Assembly (NCBI GenBank): GCA_963666485.2
Contig: CAXXUO010000001.1
Span: forward strand, 128,001 to 192,000
Origin: Syntrophorhabdaceae bacterium
Lineage (GTDB): Bacteria; Desulfobacterota; Syntrophorhabdia; Syntrophorhabdales; Syntrophorhabdaceae
Direction of reading: 5' to 3'
Length of the DNA stretch: 64,000 nt
Shown: in pieces, positions 40,231-49,696 of the stretch
How the letters are laid out: every line of letters begins with the position of its first letter
How positions within the stretch are numbered: the first letter of the stretch is position 1
The notes under the pieces: model-generated
The model's input: only the letters and a program-made list of their open reading frames with translations
What the model was told of the DNA's origin: nothing
Databases searched by the model: none
Translations under genes and position numbers: made by a program

Positions 40231-41163
40231 ATGAAACGAATTGCCTCATTCCGGGAAGTCATGCTCATTTCGGCACTGTTAATAATTTTTTTGTGTACGC
40301 ATGCGGCAGCCGCAGAAAAATTAACGAAGATCGCGGATAATGTATATTCGTACGTCGACGTCAAGAACGGCTCGAAAGAGAATAGTTTCGGCGCAAACGC
40401 CGGGATAATTATCGGCGGTGACGGGGTCATCGTTGTCGACACGCTCATGTCCGCCAAAGAAGCGAAGCGGTTCATCAAGGATATTCGGGCCGTTACGGAC
40501 AAGCCGGTCCGGTACGTGGTGAACACGCATTACCACCTGGACCATGTCTTCGGCAACAGCGAGTTCGTCAAACTTGGCGCTGTCGTCATTGCGCAGGAGA
40601 ACGATAAAAAAATGATGGAAAAGGCGGCGGCCGTGGTCCTGAAAAATATCGCGCAGTACGGTCTCACTGCCGAGGATATGGCGGGGACCGTCCCGTCTTA
40701 CCCGACGATCTCGTACGGTGACCGCATGACGATCGACATTGGCGGACAGCAGGTTGAGCTCATCCATGCCCGCTATTCCCACACGTCCGGCGACACCCTC
40801 GTCTATCTCAGGGACAAGAAGGTCATCTTCGCCGGGGATATCCTTTTCACGAACTACCATCCTTTCCTCGGCGAAGGCGATATTGATCAATGGGCAAAGG
40901 AGCTCGATGACATGCGGGCAATGGACGCCGATAAGATAATCCCCGGGCACGGCCCGCTTTCCGGCAAGAAAGACCTGGAAGATATGAAGGCATACATCCT
41001 TCTCTTTGATCGCAAGGCCCGGGAACTGGCATCGAGATCAAGCGATGTTCAGGCCATTTCCGCCGAGTTGAAAAAGGTCCTTCCCCCTCGCCCTGAAGGG
41101 TCATTTCTTATTCCCAAGAATGTTGAGATGAAGTATATGAAAAAGACAGGCGATGGGCGATAG
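40231..41163 (+). CDS. Exported MBL-fold metallo-hydrolase
   Basis: Signal peptide; NTHYHLDHVFGN, SHTSGD, FAGD and IPGHG motifs. Confidence 0.9.
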   Translation: MKRIASFREVMLISALLIIFLCTHAAAAEKLTKIADNVYSYVDVKNGSKENSFGANAGIIIGGDGVIVVDTLMSAKEAKRFIKDIRAVTDKPVRYVVNTHYHLDHVFGNSEFVKLGAVVIAQENDKKMMEKAAAVVLKNIAQYGLTAEDMAGTVPSYPTISYGDRMTIDIGGQQVELIHARYSHTSGDTLVYLRDKKVIFAGDILFTNYHPFLGEGDIDQWAKELDDMRAMDADKIIPGHGPLSGKKDLEDMKAYILLFDRKARELASRSSDVQAISAELKKVLPPRPEGSFLIPKNVEMKYMKKTGDGR

Positions 41164-41179
41164 GGGGATAGGCGACGGG
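41148..41179. repeat. Degenerate (A/G)GGCGAT heptamer repeat overlapping the MBL stop
   Basis: aggcgat gggcgat agggggat aggcgac. Confidence 0.55.
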
Positions 41180-41190
41180 AGAGCTGCAGG

Positions 41191-44100
41191 CTATCTGTCC
41201 AGCAGCTCGCGGACGGTACGGGATATGAGGGGTATGTCGAAAGGCTTCTGAATGAACCCGTCGCATCCCTTGTTCATGATCTGCTGGGCCTGCCCGTCAA
41301 GACTATAGCCGCTGCTCAAAATGATCTTTGCCCGGGGATCGATCTCTTTGATCCGGTCGAAGGTTTCATTTCCCGAAAATCCCGGCATGATCATGTCGAC
41401 GATCACGAGCGATATCGAGCCTTTCATCTCCCGGTAGAGGGCGACCGCTTCGGCCCCGCCTTTTGCACCGTGCACGGTGTAGCCAAGTGCCTCGAGGACC
41501 TCCCTGCTTACCCTGAGGACGTCCGGCTCGTCATCGACAACGAGGATGGTCTCCTTTCCTCTCATGATGCCTCCGATCTCCGGGGCCTCTTCTGCGGGGT
41601 CCTTCGTTGATGCAGGGAAATAAAGGACGAATGTCGTGCCCCTTTCCGGCTCGCTGGCGACGTCGATATAGCCGTTATGGTTCTTCACGATGCCGTACAC
41701 CATTGCCAGGCCAAGGCCCGTACCCCGGCGGAGCTCCTTCGTAGTAAAAAAGGGCTCGAATATCCTCGCGCGGACCTTTTCGTCCATACCGACCCCGGTA
41801 TCACTGACGGACACCCGTACATACCGGCCGGGCACCATCGGATAGGCGGCTGCATTAGGTTCGCTGACGGTGATATTTCGTGTCTCGAGAGACAGGTCGC
41901 CGCCTTCAGGCATGGCCTGCCAGGCGTTGAGGTAAAGATTGAGAAGGACCTGTTCTATCTGTCCCCGGTCGGCCTCGACAGTCCAGACGTCCTTCTCATA
42001 TTTGCACTGGATCGCGACCTCTTTCTTCGTTCGACCGAACATTGCCGCGGTCTTTTCTATAAGCTCGTTGAGATTGACCGGTCTGGTCACATATTTCCCT
42101 CCCCGGGCAAAACCCAGCAACTGCCCGGTCAGTTCTGCGGCACTTTTTACCTGTTCCTCTATCCTTTTGAGTCGTTCTCGCTGCGGATCATCGGGGTCCA
42201 TGTCAAGCATTACAAGCGAGGCGTATCCCTGGATACCCATGAGAATGTTATTGAAATCGTGGGCTATGCCGCCCGACAGGGTGCCGATCGCCTCCATCTT
42301 CTGCGCGTTGACAAGCTGGGTTTCCAGTCTTTTCCGCTCGGTGATATCCTCGCACACCATGATCTTGTCCGCACCTTTGAGGAACACGGTAGTGAAACTG
42401 ATCGTCTTTACCGAACCATCCTTGCATGCAACATTAAAGATCCTGTGCGTCTGCTCCCCGTGAGACTTATCAGCAGTATCGGTCTTCCACGTCCTGACGA
42501 CCTCGCGCCTCGCTGCGTCGTCAGGATATGCCTTCCTGAACCATGTTCTCCCGTCGGGAACATCATCAAGGCCGTAGCCAAAGATCTCCTTGAACTTGGG
42601 GTTGATATAGAGGAACTGTCCGACCGGGTCTATAAGCGCCATCGCGAACGGGGCGTTCTCGGAAAGGAACCGCAGCTTTTCCTTCTCGTTGAAAAGTGCA
42701 TCCTCGACACGTTTGCGCTCACTTATATCACGGGCCTCCGGAATGAGCATTGTTACCCTGCCGTCGGAGCCAAAGACCGGTTTCAGCGAAAAGTCGAACA
42801 TGACCAAAGCGTTTCCCGCTCCCTGTAATTCGACCTCGTAACGTACGAACTCCCCTCCTGCTGCACGGGCGATAGCCTCCTTCAGACGCTGCACCCGGGC
42901 CTCGTTTCCCCGCCACCACCGGGTTTCCCAGAAGGGTTTGCCGATCATCTCCTCTTTTGCGGCACCAATAAAATCGAGGGCTGTCTGGTTCGCCTCCATC
43001 AACACACCGTCCGGGGTCATCATTCCGGTGAACTGGAAAGATGAATTGAAGATGGCCCGAAAACGATTTTCGCTTTCCCGGAGGGCCTCTTCCGCCCGCC
43101 GGCGGTCCGTCATGTCACGGATAGATTCAATTGCCCCGACGATATTTCCCTGGGCATCGTACAGCGGGGATGCCTTGCCCGCGAGTACTCTGTTCTGCCC
43201 CCGGACATAAGGGACCGCCGTTTCCGTGAACAGCGTATCGCCTTCTTTGTTAATGAAGGAATATTGCTTTTCGATATCTTCATTCCATGCCGTGACGAAG
43301 TCAACCAATATGGGCCGCCGCGTTCCGTAAAAGGGGATCGCGTATTCATAATTGCCTTTACCGATCATTTTTTCAGCGGGACAGTCCGTCATTTCCTCGA
43401 TAGCCTTGTTCCACGCTATTACTTTTCCCTCGCGATCAACGGCCAGAATGGGGTCGGGAAGGAAATTGATGATATCCGAGAACCGCTGCTGCGATTCAAG
43501 CAGGACCTCCTCCTCCGCTTTGCGCTTCGTTTCTTCCTGAACGATCTTCCAGGCCTTCATTCCATAATACACTACGATTGTACCGCTCAGGCAAAGCACC
43601 GCGATAAGGACAAGGAGCCTGTTCCTGAAGTCCCTTAAGGATGCAAGGATCTCATCTTCCGAAGACGCGACAACTATAGACCAGAAGGTATTGCCTATTT
43701 TAATGGGCATATACACGGCGTGTTTTTGTACTTTTTTCACCGACTGGCCCATGATCATGTCAAAGTAGTATGTGGCGATCCCTTGCCTGCCCTTGACCAT
43801 CTCCTTCGCCATTTCGATTATGGTGGGGAAATCCTTGCAGTTCTCAAAGACAGATTTCCCGACATGCCCCGGAACGGGGCAGTAGAGTTCGATTCCCGCC
43901 TGGCTTGTTATCCAGGCATAACCGGTCTGTCCGATCCTGATATGCTCGAGGTATTTTTTCGACAAAGCCTTGAAATCGACAAGGATCCCCAGAGAACCAT
44001 CATATGCGTCCCCGCGAAAAACCGGTACATGCAGAGCTATGGCTTCGAAACCCTGGATGGTTAAAAAAACATCGCTGATAACGGGTTTATGGGTGCTCAT

Positions 44101-44490
44101 GACCTCCCTGACATGTCCCTGGCGGGAGATATCGGAACCGATAGATCCTTTCGCGTAAGGGAATGTATGCATAATCCTTCCCCGTGCATCGACGCGTGTG
44201 ATCGCCCTGACATCGTCTTTATGGGTAGCCAGCAAAAGTTCCATGTGCCTCTTGCCCTCGTCGCTGAGGGTTATGATCTCTCTATCTTTGGCGAAGTATG
44301 CCAGCCTGGATGTCCATTGATCGAAAAAAACCTCGATCTCCTTGGCTGCGTACCGGGCGTGAAGTCTCTGGCGCGCATTGAGATCTTCGATGGCGGAATT
44401 CTTCGCACCCTCGTAAAAGGCGACAAAAAGATACCCGCAGAAACATAGGAGTATAAAGAGGAGAAGCAGAAGGTACTTATAACGCATCAT
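41191..44490 (-). CDS. Hybrid sensor histidine kinase (TM-Cache-TM, 3 PAS, HisKA, HATPase, REC)
   Basis: GGIAHDFNN, EQVLLNLYLNA, DTGVGM, FFTTK..GTGLGL, ILVVDDE, DMIMP and FIQKP motifs. Confidence 0.95.
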   Translation of the reverse strand: MMRYKYLLLLLFILLCFCGYLFVAFYEGAKNSAIEDLNARQRLHARYAAKEIEVFFDQWTSRLAYFAKDREIITLSDEGKRHMELLLATHKDDVRAITRVDARGRIMHTFPYAKGSIGSDISRQGHVREVMSTHKPVISDVFLTIQGFEAIALHVPVFRGDAYDGSLGILVDFKALSKKYLEHIRIGQTGYAWITSQAGIELYCPVPGHVGKSVFENCKDFPTIIEMAKEMVKGRQGIATYYFDMIMGQSVKKVQKHAVYMPIKIGNTFWSIVVASSEDEILASLRDFRNRLLVLIAVLCLSGTIVVYYGMKAWKIVQEETKRKAEEEVLLESQQRFSDIINFLPDPILAVDREGKVIAWNKAIEEMTDCPAEKMIGKGNYEYAIPFYGTRRPILVDFVTAWNEDIEKQYSFINKEGDTLFTETAVPYVRGQNRVLAGKASPLYDAQGNIVGAIESIRDMTDRRRAEEALRESENRFRAIFNSSFQFTGMMTPDGVLMEANQTALDFIGAAKEEMIGKPFWETRWWRGNEARVQRLKEAIARAAGGEFVRYEVELQGAGNALVMFDFSLKPVFGSDGRVTMLIPEARDISERKRVEDALFNEKEKLRFLSENAPFAMALIDPVGQFLYINPKFKEIFGYGLDDVPDGRTWFRKAYPDDAARREVVRTWKTDTADKSHGEQTHRIFNVACKDGSVKTISFTTVFLKGADKIMVCEDITERKRLETQLVNAQKMEAIGTLSGGIAHDFNNILMGIQGYASLVMLDMDPDDPQRERLKRIEEQVKSAAELTGQLLGFARGGKYVTRPVNLNELIEKTAAMFGRTKKEVAIQCKYEKDVWTVEADRGQIEQVLLNLYLNAWQAMPEGGDLSLETRNITVSEPNAAAYPMVPGRYVRVSVSDTGVGMDEKVRARIFEPFFTTKELRRGTGLGLAMVYGIVKNHNGYIDVASEPERGTTFVLYFPASTKDPAEEAPEIGGIMRGKETILVVDDEPDVLRVSREVLEALGYTVHGAKGGAEAVALYREMKGSISLVIVDMIMPGFSGNETFDRIKEIDPRAKIILSSGYSLDGQAQQIMNKGCDGFIQKPFDIPLISRTVRELLDR

Positions 44491-44764
44491 TGTTCCCGTG
44501 TTGCGGCATGCCTGACGAAAAAACCTATGAAATCCGTCAGGATAACAATCCTATCGTAGAGGCACGGGTTATGTCAAACGACAAATGTACCCCGGCCGGA
44601 CCGGACCATCTTGTTCCCTGATCGTTTATCGGCATTTATTGCCCGACCTGAAGTCTTGCTCATGGTGAGGCATCAATGTTCCCGAATCCGCACTTCGAGG
44701 GAAGCAGCGGTACGGACCGGAAATATCGTGCTGTCTTTTGCTCTCTCCCGCTGTATAATAAGCC

Positions 44765-45592
44765 ATGCATACCCGGTCAGTCATGTCCGTTTACTTTTCG
44801 CCGACCGGAACAACGCGGAGGATCGTGGAGGGGATAATAGCGGGGATGCAAAGCGAAAATTCGGTCATGATCGACGCGATAAGAAAACCCCGCCGTCTCG
44901 ACCGTACACAATTTCCAAAAGAGGAGCCGGTAATAATTGCCGCGCCCGTCTATTACGGCAGGATACCGGTGGCTGCCGCAGAATATTTCAACGCACTGAC
45001 GGGTCACGGGACACCGGCCGTTATCGTTGTCGTTTACGGCAACCGGGCGTACGACGACGCCCTCATCGAACTATACGACATTGCAGCCGGGCGCGGTTTT
45101 ATACCCGTTGCGGCCGGGGCCTTTATCGGGGAACATTCTTATTCAACGGAGATCCTGCCCGCCGCTGCCGGCCGCCCCGATGCGCAAGATATTGACGCGG
45201 CCCGGGCCTTCGGAGCCAGGATACGAGAGAAGCTGGTCCGTTGCGATTCACCCGGTGAGGCTCTCCTGGCCGGGGTCCCGGGTAAAAGGCCCTATATCGA
45301 ACCGGAAGGATTGTATCGCCTCAGGGAGCTGCGGAAGACCATTCAATTCACACCGGAGACCGACGAGTCGCTCTGCACCCGGTGCAACCGCTGTGTAGAA
45401 GCCTGTCCGCAGGATGCCATCGATCCCGTCAATGCCCTGAAGACCGACAAGCAGGAATGCATCATGTGTTTCGCCTGCGTCAAGATCTGCCCGGTCAGCG
45501 CGCGCAGGATGGCTGAACCCGCCTTTTTCCTGCGTGTGAAAGAAATTTTTGAAAAATGCCGGGAAAGAAAAGAACCGGAGTGGTACCTTTAG
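44765..45592 (+). CDS. EFR1-type flavodoxin-ferredoxin fusion protein
   Basis: YFSPTGTT, VYGNRAYDDAL, AFIGEHS and two CxxCxxCxxxCP motifs. Confidence 0.88.
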   Translation: MHTRSVMSVYFSPTGTTRRIVEGIIAGMQSENSVMIDAIRKPRRLDRTQFPKEEPVIIAAPVYYGRIPVAAAEYFNALTGHGTPAVIVVVYGNRAYDDALIELYDIAAGRGFIPVAAGAFIGEHSYSTEILPAAAGRPDAQDIDAARAFGARIREKLVRCDSPGEALLAGVPGKRPYIEPEGLYRLRELRKTIQFTPETDESLCTRCNRCVEACPQDAIDPVNALKTDKQECIMCFACVKICPVSARRMAEPAFFLRVKEIFEKCRERKEPEWYL

Positions 45593-45596
45593 GGCC

Positions 45597-45941
45597 TTAT
45601 CGGGTTCTCCGGTGAAATTGCGGGCACAGTGCCGATGACCCGGGAACGTACCTGCGGCATACCCTCGTGCGTGTTTCGTATATCTCGCAGAAACTCGATG
45701 CGCCGTTCCATTTCAGATAGATACAGCTCATCCTGCAGGTCCTGACATCTGACCCGAACCTGTTGACGACCCTGTCACCCAGCCGCGTCACGCCAAGGCT
45801 GCATACGTGCTCGATAATGTCCCGGCGTCCTTCCTTTTCCCACCGCTCGACATCTTCAAACCGGACATACGCCGCCACGTCGACATGGCAGCAATTACCG
45901 CACTGGCGACACGCAATGTCGTTGTTAAGTTCACTATTCAT
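45597..45941 (-). CDS. YkgJ family cysteine-cluster protein
   Basis: CRQCGNCC, CIYL and CEIYETRTRVCRRY motifs. Confidence 0.82.
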   Translation of the reverse strand: MNSELNNDIACRQCGNCCHVDVAAYVRFEDVERWEKEGRRDIIEHVCSLGVTRLGDRVVNRFGSDVRTCRMSCIYLKWNGASSFCEIYETRTRVCRRYVPGSSALCPQFHRRTR

Positions 45942-46767
45942 CGGTCGGGCTGCGCGTCAGGCGCTTCAATTCGTGGTCCAATCCCAATAATTGGGCGGCG
46001 TTGGAGAAACAGATCTTTTCTTTGTCACTTTCCGTAAGAAACGGTAACTGCAAAAGGAAGTGAAGTTCCTCCCGCTGGTCCGTCCACGGACTGTCCGATG
46101 CGAAAAGCAGGCGTTCGGGCGGATGCCCCTTGAGGAAGCGTTCCCGGTATATCCCGGGCATTGCACGCAGAACAAATGACGTATCCAGGTACATGTCCTG
46201 TCCCAGCAGGTGGGCCGCGCTTTCCTCGTAGGCGTCTTCCCCGCCCAGGTGGGCAGCGATCATGCAGAGTTCCGGAACAGCTTTATGGGCCGCGGCGAGG
46301 CGCTTCGGCGTTGCATGGATCGGGTGAGGCAGCCCCCGGTCAACCCCTGCATGAAAAAGGATGAACATACCGGCTTCCGCGATCCTTTCATACAAAGGAT
46401 ACATAACGGGATCGTCGACAAAAAAATCCTGGTAATCAGGGTGGAACTTAAAGCCGCAAAAACCGTCCCGCCTGAGCGCTTTCATCTCATCAACGCTTAA
46501 TTGACCGGCAGGATGCATGGCCGCCAGCGTTTCGATGCCGGGTTGCCTGATCCCGGTCAGCCACCGCTGGATCGATGCGACCTGCTCGGGTTTTGTCGCC
46601 ACGGCCGCCACGACGGAAAGATCGATACCCGCCGACGCCATGGACCTTTTCAGCCCCTGCAAAGTACCGTCGGTGTAGGCTTCGATCCCGGCCCGTTCTC
46701 GAACCGCGGAAACCGTACCGGGGGCCACGCGGTCAGGATAAATATGGGTATGAAAATCGATCTTCAT
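45934..46767 (-). CDS. Amidohydrolase_2 family protein
   Basis: IDFHTH, FKFHPDYQ, LFHAG, AAHLGG and FASDSPW motifs. Confidence 0.9.
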   Translation of the reverse strand: MKIDFHTHIYPDRVAPGTVSAVRERAGIEAYTDGTLQGLKRSMASAGIDLSVVAAVATKPEQVASIQRWLTGIRQPGIETLAAMHPAGQLSVDEMKALRRDGFCGFKFHPDYQDFFVDDPVMYPLYERIAEAGMFILFHAGVDRGLPHPIHATPKRLAAAHKAVPELCMIAAHLGGEDAYEESAAHLLGQDMYLDTSFVLRAMPGIYRERFLKGHPPERLLFASDSPWTDQREELHFLLQLPFLTESDKEKICFSNAAQLLGLDHELKRLTRSPTDE

Positions 46768-47050
46768 AGTCTGATTGCTATACGCTATTTCATCATTCTT
46801 TTCAAGATGTCGAAGACTCCCCCAGACTCCGGGTCCTGCCGCGCGGCACAGGCGGCATCGAGGTCCCGGTCTTCGTATTTCATCAGGCGAATCTCATTAT
46901 ATGTCAGCCGGGGAGACATCTACAAGGTACAAAAGGGACCTGGTTTCCGTGGCCGGTATTATCCTGAGGCCCGGTTGACTTGTCAACCCCCTGAACGATG
47001 CATAGAATTGTATCCAGGTACTACAGAACAAGGTATAAGGAATTCACATC

Positions 47051-47377
47051 ATGGCCGAATTTTTTAGCGCAATAATGATGGAATCGGACCAGGTTGCCTG
47101 GCGGCTGAAAGGGAACGCACCCCTTTCGGATGCCGGCCCGGAAGACGGCAGGCTGAACATTGAGTTTGAGGGTGACCTCGACAGGATGCCCTGGCTCGTC
47201 AAATGTTCCGATGAGGGAAAAATTGTGATCGATGTCGATACACTTATCGCATCGCAGCCCCGGTTATTCAACAGGGGGTGGCTGCGCGGCCGGGGGAAGC
47301 AGAACGCTGACCTTGCGGTCATGGGCAACCATTACATCATCGACCTCAGGCTGCCCGCGAGCGGGGCACGTACGTAA
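47051..47377 (+). CDS. Hypothetical protein
   Basis: 108-aa ATG-started ORF with upstream AAGGA, filling the gap. Confidence 0.45.
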   Translation: MAEFFSAIMMESDQVAWRLKGNAPLSDAGPEDGRLNIEFEGDLDRMPWLVKCSDEGKIVIDVDTLIASQPRLFNRGWLRGRGKQNADLAVMGNHYIIDLRLPASGART

Positions 47378-47416
47378 GATCGATCTGCCTTCTCTCTTTA
47401 AGGCGGGATATGTGCG

Positions 47417-48245
47417 TCATACGCCCGGTTTGTCCCGGTACCTGTGGATCACCGTGCCGCCCATTATGGTCATGCCGACCTGAAAGAAATAACCTTTCAC
47501 TGGCTTAATAGCGCCCAGGTCCGTCAATTCTTCAAAGTCTGAAGGAAAGAAACGGATATCCGCATCGCCCTCCCAGGCGTCACCGATCTTTGCATTCGTA
47601 ACATTGCTGATGAGAAGGTCGTGCACAAGGGGCTTTTCCTGGTCTTCATAATCCGGGAAATGGCGCATGAGGTAGAACTTGAACGGGGGGACTTTGTTCG
47701 GGGGAACCTGTTTTTTCAAGGTCAGGGAACCCTCGACGATCCTCTCTTCGTGGGACACGCATATGCCCTTTATTTTTGCACCGGTCTTTTTGCCGCCCGT
47801 GACGGGCATCAATTCATGGAGCTTTGTGATATGGGACCCTGCCGAGTTTTTTGGGAAACCCCTGGATAAAGCCCCTTAAGAGAGTGAAATCATTATCCAC
47901 CCAGATGTACGGCACATAGTAGCCGGGAACGCCTTTGAACTGGCAGCCGACCATGATAATGCATTCATGATACAACGACCTCTCGGGATTGACAGAGGCA
48001 AGATCGGGATTCGCATCGCTCGCGGAGACCCATTCAACGAACCAGACCACCCCTTCGCCGGGGTTGGGGCCCGGTTCAAGGGGAGGTGGCAATAACGCCC
48101 TCAATTTTTTCTCGTTTGCCTTGAAGACGAGGTGCATGACATCCCCGCCGTAGTGCCACGGGGGCGCGTCAATGACAGGCGCTTTTCCTTTGGGGGACAG
48201 GGGCAGAATATAGCCTTTGAGCGGAAAAGATCTTTTCGTTGCCAT
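47417..48245 (-). pseudogene. Acetoacetate decarboxylase family gene split by a +1 frameshift near 47833-47835
   Basis: Removing one base of GGG joins ...QGFPKKLGRV to HITKLHELMPVTGG... giving one protein of about 275 aa. Confidence 0.8.
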
Positions 48246-48496
48246 AGCTTTCCTCCTGGAGATCCAGCTTAAAATGATTGTCCCACTGATCATCCGCATT
48301 GTCAATGAGCCGGGACTCGAAACCGATTCCCGGGAAAACGGGCATCATGCCGGAATAAGGATGTGGTAACGGTCGCGATGAAGATATGAGAGATCAGCCT
48401 TTCAGGAACTTTGTTTTTCCCTAAGTGACCGATCGTTGTAACGTTGAAAACAGCCTGATATACTTGCTGTATACATTAAAAGCGGAGGCGGTGCCT

Positions 48497-49018
48497 ATGA
48501 AAACATTCAATCCTTATGTTGAAGCCGCATTGAAAAAGAACATAAGCCATGCCGTTGTCATAGAGACCTCGAAGGTCTTCACGGCACCGTGGGTGAGACT
48601 GAAATGCCAGTTTGGCTGCTCCGGATATGGTGGGACCCTCTGCTGCCCTCCCCACACCCCGACGCCCGAGGAGATGCGGAAGGTCCTTGATTCTTATCGA
48701 TACGGCATCCTTCTTCACCTTCATTGGAAAAAAAACTTCAAGACCATCAATCAATTCAACGAAACGCTCGTCGATCTCGAACGTCGTATCTTCCTCGATG
48801 GTTATTATAAGGCCTGGTCCCTCGGGTGCGGCCCCTGTGATCGCTGCGCCGAGTGCAACATCGGCGGGACATGTCTTCATTCAGACAGGGCAAGGCCCTC
48901 CATGGAAAGCTGCGGGATCGATGTTTTCGCAACGGCGAGGGGACAGGGTCTTCCCATCAACGTGCTCAAGGACCACCGGGAAGAAAGAGATTCTTACGGG
49001 CTTATACTGATCGAATAA
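48497..49018 (+). CDS. DUF2284 metal-binding protein
   Basis: GGAGG RBS; WVRLKCQFGC, CCPP, GPCDRCAEC and ARPSMESCGIDV motifs. Confidence 0.88.
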   Translation: MKTFNPYVEAALKKNISHAVVIETSKVFTAPWVRLKCQFGCSGYGGTLCCPPHTPTPEEMRKVLDSYRYGILLHLHWKKNFKTINQFNETLVDLERRIFLDGYYKAWSLGCGPCDRCAECNIGGTCLHSDRARPSMESCGIDVFATARGQGLPINVLKDHREERDSYGLILIE

Positions 49019-49053
49019 AGCGGGGTATCTCGGAGAATGGTCACGCCATTCTT

Positions 49054-49236
49054 TCAGGCTTTCTGACCTCAGCCGGGCTTCGTGTTGTTTTTGTCTATTA
49101 TCCACTGCGGAAGGGTCTTTTTCGGTTTCTGGACAATATTCTCCCCGTCACAGCTCGGGCAGATGAGCAGATTTCTTTCCTCATATACCAGGAAAGCGCG
49201 GCCGCAGTCCTTGCATTCATATTCAGTTCCGGGCAT
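49054..49236 (-). CDS. Small FmdB-like zinc-ribbon protein (55 aa to the first TGA; 60 aa if TGA 49069-49071 is Sec)
   Basis: Not in the ORF track; GGAGGT RBS and ATG 49236; MPGTEYECKDCG...ICPSCDG...KPG-(TGA)-GQKA-stop. Confidence 0.7.
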
Positions 49237-49336
49237 TTTTACCTCCGAAGACGTAATTCCACATAAGTTATATCACAAAAGACCTGCGTCCCGCACCTAT
49301 ATCGCCGGAGGTATCGTCCCGGCCTAAACCACATGT

Positions 49337-49696
49337 TTATTCAGTCACTATAATTGTGCCCGTCATTCCAGTATGACCCAAACCGCAGAAAACATCACAG
49401 TGAAAGGGATACTTACCCGCCTGCTCAGGCACAAATCGCACTGTGCTCACTTTGTCCGGATATATATCCGTTCGAATTTTCAGCCCCGGGCAACTGAATC
49501 CATGCATTCTGTCCAGCGAAGTAAACTCGAGTACCACCGGCACACCCTTCTTGACGGTGATCATGTTAGGCGAGTATTCAAACTTCTTTGCCGTGACCTT
49601 AATGACCTGCTCGTTTTCGGCTGCGGCTAGGGAACCGCTGATAAGAAACAGGATGAAGGCGGCAAGCATCATGGACCGTAGTAATTTACTCTTCAT
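49337..49696 (-). CDS. Exported cupredoxin (COX II-like CuA domain)
   Basis: Signal peptide; MHGF and FHCDVFCGLGHTGM motifs. Confidence 0.88.
   Translation of the reverse strand: MKSKLLRSMMLAAFILFLISGSLAAAENEQVIKVTAKKFEYSPNMITVKKGVPVVLEFTSLDRMHGFSCPGLKIRTDIYPDKVSTVRFVPEQAGKYPFHCDVFCGLGHTGMTGTIIVTE

Noticed and set aside
44511..44541. CTGACGA...GAAA resembling a hammerhead ribozyme core
   Set aside because: There is no stem II between the motifs; a simple inverted repeat explains it
44681..44716. GGAAGCAGCGG resembling SRP (4.5S) RNA
   Set aside because: It lacks the CAGG strand and the GNRA-capped helix 8; only a generic hairpin
46785..46883. 32-aa minus-strand ORF MKYEDRDL...
   Set aside because: Short, with no RBS or motif; the region looks like promoter DNA
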